This document shows, piece by piece, positions 13,581-16,464 of a DNA stretch of 16,464 nucleotides (positions are counted from its first letter, which is position 1; every line of letters begins with the position of its first letter). The stretch lies in IMG/VR virus record IMGVR_UViG_3300045988_106984. One strand, given 5' to 3'. The position numbers and the translations under genes are program-made. Origin of the DNA: a virus. The notes beneath the pieces are model-generated. The model did no database searches. It was not told the origin of the DNA and saw only the letters and a list, made by a program, of their open reading frames with translations.

Positions 13581-14436
13581 ATATACAACTGAGGTTCGTT
13601 TTATCTGTGAAAGTAAGTCGGGACTTGAAAATTCTAAAGGGTGCGATGATGTTGACGAAATTTTAAGTAATAGCTGGAATAAAATTTTTACAACAAAAGC
13701 TGAAATTTTCGACGAAAATTACAGGGCTGTTATTTGCAAAAAAATTTTAAAACATTATTATTTAAGAGAAATTTGCTCTGAAACTGTCGGCATTTGGAAG
13801 TTGTGGTTAAATACACGGTTAGAAGAAATTTTACCATATTATAATCAACTTTACAAAAGCGCACTGTTAGAATTTAACCCACTGTATGATGTAAATGTTA
13901 CGAGAACGCATAATCGAACTATTGACGAAAATAAAACAGAAAACGGAACTACCACTGAAACAAGCACAGATAAAAATACTGGAAGTGGGACAAGGGATAA
14001 TACTGCAAGTGGAACTAATAACAATAGTGGTACGAGTAATGTTAGTAATAGTGGTTCTAGTAATAGTAAAGACTTGTACAGTGATACACCACAGGGAGCT
14101 TTAACTGGGGTTGAAACTGAAACGTATTTGACTAATGCTAGAAAAATTAGTAATACAGATAGCAGTACGAGTGAAAGTACTAATAGTGGTAGTGATGAAT
14201 ATGAAGATACTGGAAACGTTAAATATACTGATACAAGTGAAAGAGCAAATACAAAAAATGGAAGTAATAGCAATACCGGTACAGTGAATAATACAGAGGA
14301 ATATTTGGAAACGGTTAGCGGTAAACAGGGCAGTGGGAGTTATAGCGGAATGCTGAAAGAATATCGTGATACGTTTCTCAATATTGACAGAATGATTATT
14401 GCTGAATTTGATGATTTATTTTTCGGGCTATGGTAA
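13573..14436 (+). CDS. Lower collar protein, phi29 gp11-like, with long S/T/N/G-rich low-complexity regions
   Basis: 287 aa (gp11 is 293 aa). It overlaps the connector gene by 8 nt and is syntenic with gp11. It has an N-terminal TTEVRFICE motif and a central YSDTPQG motif. Confidence 0.75.
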   Translation: MSKYTTEVRFICESKSGLENSKGCDDVDEILSNSWNKIFTTKAEIFDENYRAVICKKILKHYYLREICSETVGIWKLWLNTRLEEILPYYNQLYKSALLEFNPLYDVNVTRTHNRTIDENKTENGTTTETSTDKNTGSGTRDNTASGTNNNSGTSNVSNSGSSNSKDLYSDTPQGALTGVETETYLTNARKISNTDSSTSESTNSGSDEYEDTGNVKYTDTSERANTKNGSNSNTGTVNNTEEYLETVSGKQGSGSYSGMLKEYRDTFLNIDRMIIAEFDDLFFGLW

Positions 14437-14448
14437 AGGAGAGAAAGT

Positions 14449-16185
14449 ATGAGTGATGAAAGAACTATAAAACCTAATGCGCCAGCTGATTTTACACCAC
14501 AGTTGGGAGATTATAAAACTTTGCAACCGTTTAGATATTGGTGTCAGAAAGTGTTACCACTTGTTTATGATGATAGTTTGAGTTATTATGAACTACTGTG
14601 CAAAGTTGTAGATTATTTAAATAAGTCAATGGAAGATATTGAAACATTAAATGGCGTTGTTAATAGTTTACACACAGCTTACACTGAATTGCAGAATTAT
14701 GTAAATAACTATTTCAGTACACTTGATGTACAGGAAGAGATTAACAATAAATTAGACCAGATGGCTAACGACGGAGCATTAAATATATTACTTCAAATGC
14801 ATGCAAGAATGGTTCTACCTAGTAATGATACTACTGGTGAAACAGATACTTTAAACATTCAGAAAATGATTGATAAATTTGGGTATGTAGAATTATTCAC
14901 TGGTATTTATTACACAAATGCACCTATTAAATTAAAAAGTGGAAACGTAATTATTGGCAGTGGAAATGAAAATACTGTAATAGAATGTTCATCTGATTTT
15001 TGCACATTTAATGAAGATAATAGTGCTGACAATTTAGTGTTAAAAAATTTTCGTGTAAATGATGCAAGTGGTGAACATATAGGTTTAAATTTCGTTGGAA
15101 CAACTGTACAACCTTATACTGGAATAAGGTACTCATTTATTGAAAATATTCGCTTATTTGGGTTTAATACTTGTGTGACTATAAGAGGTGCATGGTGTGT
15201 CAAATTCAACCGTTGCAGATTTGAAAGCAACAATATGTGCGTAAATCAAAGCGGATCGTGCAATAACGTTGAATATGTAGAATGTCAATTTTACGGTAAA
15301 GAAAATGTATCAACAGGTGTTAGATTAACTGGCGATGGTGGTGCTGAAAATTACGGTGTATATTTTAATAATTGTGACTTTGAAAAACACCTTTATGGTC
15401 TTAACTTATACTTCTGTGTTGGTGTTTATATAAACAATCTATACGTTGAACATATAGATACCGTAATAAACGCAGATAACGCTATAAATCTTGTCCTAAA
15501 TGGTGGAACATTAAATTATATAAATAAAGCTGCTAATGTTGCGAAAACAGAGGAAAATAATTTTTACAACGTAACAACATTTACTATGTTAAACGTATGT
15601 GCGCGTTATGATAAAACTGAAAAAAGTTGCTTGGTATATATATCTAACGGTGTTCCTGTATATATTGAAAACATTACAGTCATAAACCTAAAAGGTGGAA
15701 GTGTGTATTTGAAAAACACTGATGCCGAAACAAATTATAATTATAATGGTGACTATTATATCGAAAATTTAAGTACACCAAACTTCAACGGTAGATACAC
15801 AACTAGCAAAGGAAATATTGTAAAAACAGATGAAATAAAAAGAAGAGATAGTGTTAAGTTAATAGGTGCTAATATTGAACTAATAAATGGTGCAACAATA
15901 GACAACAATACGGGAGTACATTTAGTAAATAAAGACGGTACAATTTTATATCGGTTTTATATCAATCAGGGTACTTACGAAAGTGGGCATATATTTAATG
16001 GTGAGGTACTAAGTAGTACCTACGATTTAATAACCAGAGATATTAACGTTAGTGCGTCATTTATAAGTCCAACAGGAAATACTGATGTACAATTTAAGTG
16101 CAACTGTAAATTCGCTATTGGTGAAATGCAACCGAGAGCACAAGTGTTAATAGCTACAAATAAAGTGGTAGAAACTGATATATAA
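14449..16185 (+). CDS. Pre-neck appendage / tailspike, phi29 gp12-like (right-handed beta-helix)
   Basis: N-terminal anchor motif VLPLVYDDSLSYYELLCKVVDYLN. It is followed by repeated short beta-strand/Gly-Asn turn periodicity typical of pectate-lyase-like beta-helices. It is the last late gene. Confidence 0.8.
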   Translation: MSDERTIKPNAPADFTPQLGDYKTLQPFRYWCQKVLPLVYDDSLSYYELLCKVVDYLNKSMEDIETLNGVVNSLHTAYTELQNYVNNYFSTLDVQEEINNKLDQMANDGALNILLQMHARMVLPSNDTTGETDTLNIQKMIDKFGYVELFTGIYYTNAPIKLKSGNVIIGSGNENTVIECSSDFCTFNEDNSADNLVLKNFRVNDASGEHIGLNFVGTTVQPYTGIRYSFIENIRLFGFNTCVTIRGAWCVKFNRCRFESNNMCVNQSGSCNNVEYVECQFYGKENVSTGVRLTGDGGAENYGVYFNNCDFEKHLYGLNLYFCVGVYINNLYVEHIDTVINADNAINLVLNGGTLNYINKAANVAKTEENNFYNVTTFTMLNVCARYDKTEKSCLVYISNGVPVYIENITVINLKGGSVYLKNTDAETNYNYNGDYYIENLSTPNFNGRYTTSKGNIVKTDEIKRRDSVKLIGANIELINGATIDNNTGVHLVNKDGTILYRFYINQGTYESGHIFNGEVLSSTYDLITRDINVSASFISPTGNTDVQFKCNCKFAIGEMQPRAQVLIATNKVVETDI

Positions 16186-16202
16186 ATAAAAGTATAACTA
16201 AT

Positions 16203-16243
16203 ACCCCCAAAGTAGGTGCAAACTGAAATGGGGGTTTGAGTTT
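16203..16243 (+). terminator. Possible late-operon terminator
   Basis: ACCCCCA (16203-16209) pairs with TGGGGGT (16229-16235), followed by TTGAGTTT. The 19-nt loop is large, so this is weak. Confidence 0.35.
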
Positions 16244-16277
16244 AAAGGGGGCAAATTATAATTGTACTATTTTCTAC

Positions 16278-16306
16278 TTGACAAGTACAAGAATATGTGA
16301 TGCAAT
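16278..16306 (+). promoter_or_regulatory. Promoter-like site facing the right genome end
   Basis: TTGACA (16278-16283), 17-nt spacer ending in TGa, then TGCAAT. The -35 box sits in the palindrome TACTTGACAAGTA. No downstream ORF. Confidence 0.3.
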
Positions 16307-16345
16307 GGTGAAATGAGGTACGCCCTTGAGTTGAATGGGGTCCAA

Positions 16346-16464
16346 CAAGAACCCGTTTTCCGTCATAGTTGTTTAACCCTAATACTTCAATAACTCTATC
16401 TTCTGAAACTACACATAACCCAGTTCTAGTTGTTGAACCATTGAAATACTCACATAAAACTTTA
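16346..16464. repeat. Right inverted terminal repeat (ITR), 119 bp
   Basis: Exact reverse complement of 1-119. Confidence 0.95.

Noticed and set aside
13851-14273. ORFs 13851-14273 (-) and 13895-14104 (+), and the idea of a diversity-generating or hypervariable cassette
   Set aside because: They are open only because of the biased AGT/AAT/ACT/GGT codon composition of the lower collar low-complexity tracts. There is no reverse transcriptase and no template repeat anywhere in the window.
16346-16464. ITR as an assembly or amplification chimera rather than real ends
   Set aside because: The gene content is complete for a protein-primed phage (TP plus polymerase), the size is typical and the termini resemble the phi29 AAAG ends. 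This cannot be fully excluded without read data.

Overview
This 16,464-nt window appears to be the complete linear genome of a small phi29-like, protein-primed podophage from a low-GC Gram-positive host (host not identifiable from sequence). The ends are a perfect 119-bp inverted terminal repeat. Reading left to right on the + strand: a block of small orphan early genes (223-1883); a consensus sigma-A-type promoter followed by a ~250-nt untranslated, structured leader; then a replication module syntenic with phi29 genes 6-5-3-2 (p6-like dsDNA-binding protein, p5-like SSB, terminal protein, family-B protein-primed DNA polymerase). A strong bidirectional terminator follows. The gp16-like packaging ATPase is the only clearly real minus-strand gene. 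A pair of overlapping divergent consensus promoters comes next, then one long late operon: holin, amidase endolysin, tail-associated lysin, scaffold, major capsid, tail knob, connector, lower collar, appendage. Protein calls rest on motifs and on my memory of the phi29 protein sequences, because no search could be run. Six things are not explained by ordinary gene annotation. (1) A cloverleaf-shaped tRNA-like RNA whose anticodon stem-loop is replaced by a 64-nt arm (2000-2118). (2) An 18-bp closing helix plus two hairpins (three-way junction, ~112 nt) filling the gap just 3' of the ATPase gene, a candidate prohead/packaging RNA. (3) A 16-bp palindrome TGTTTCAC(G/A)TGAAACA present four times. 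(4) A first early gene that reads coherently only across three frames joined at two A-runs. (5) A stop-free frame running from the physical end through the ITR. (6) An outward-facing promoter-like site and direct repeats in the right subterminal region.
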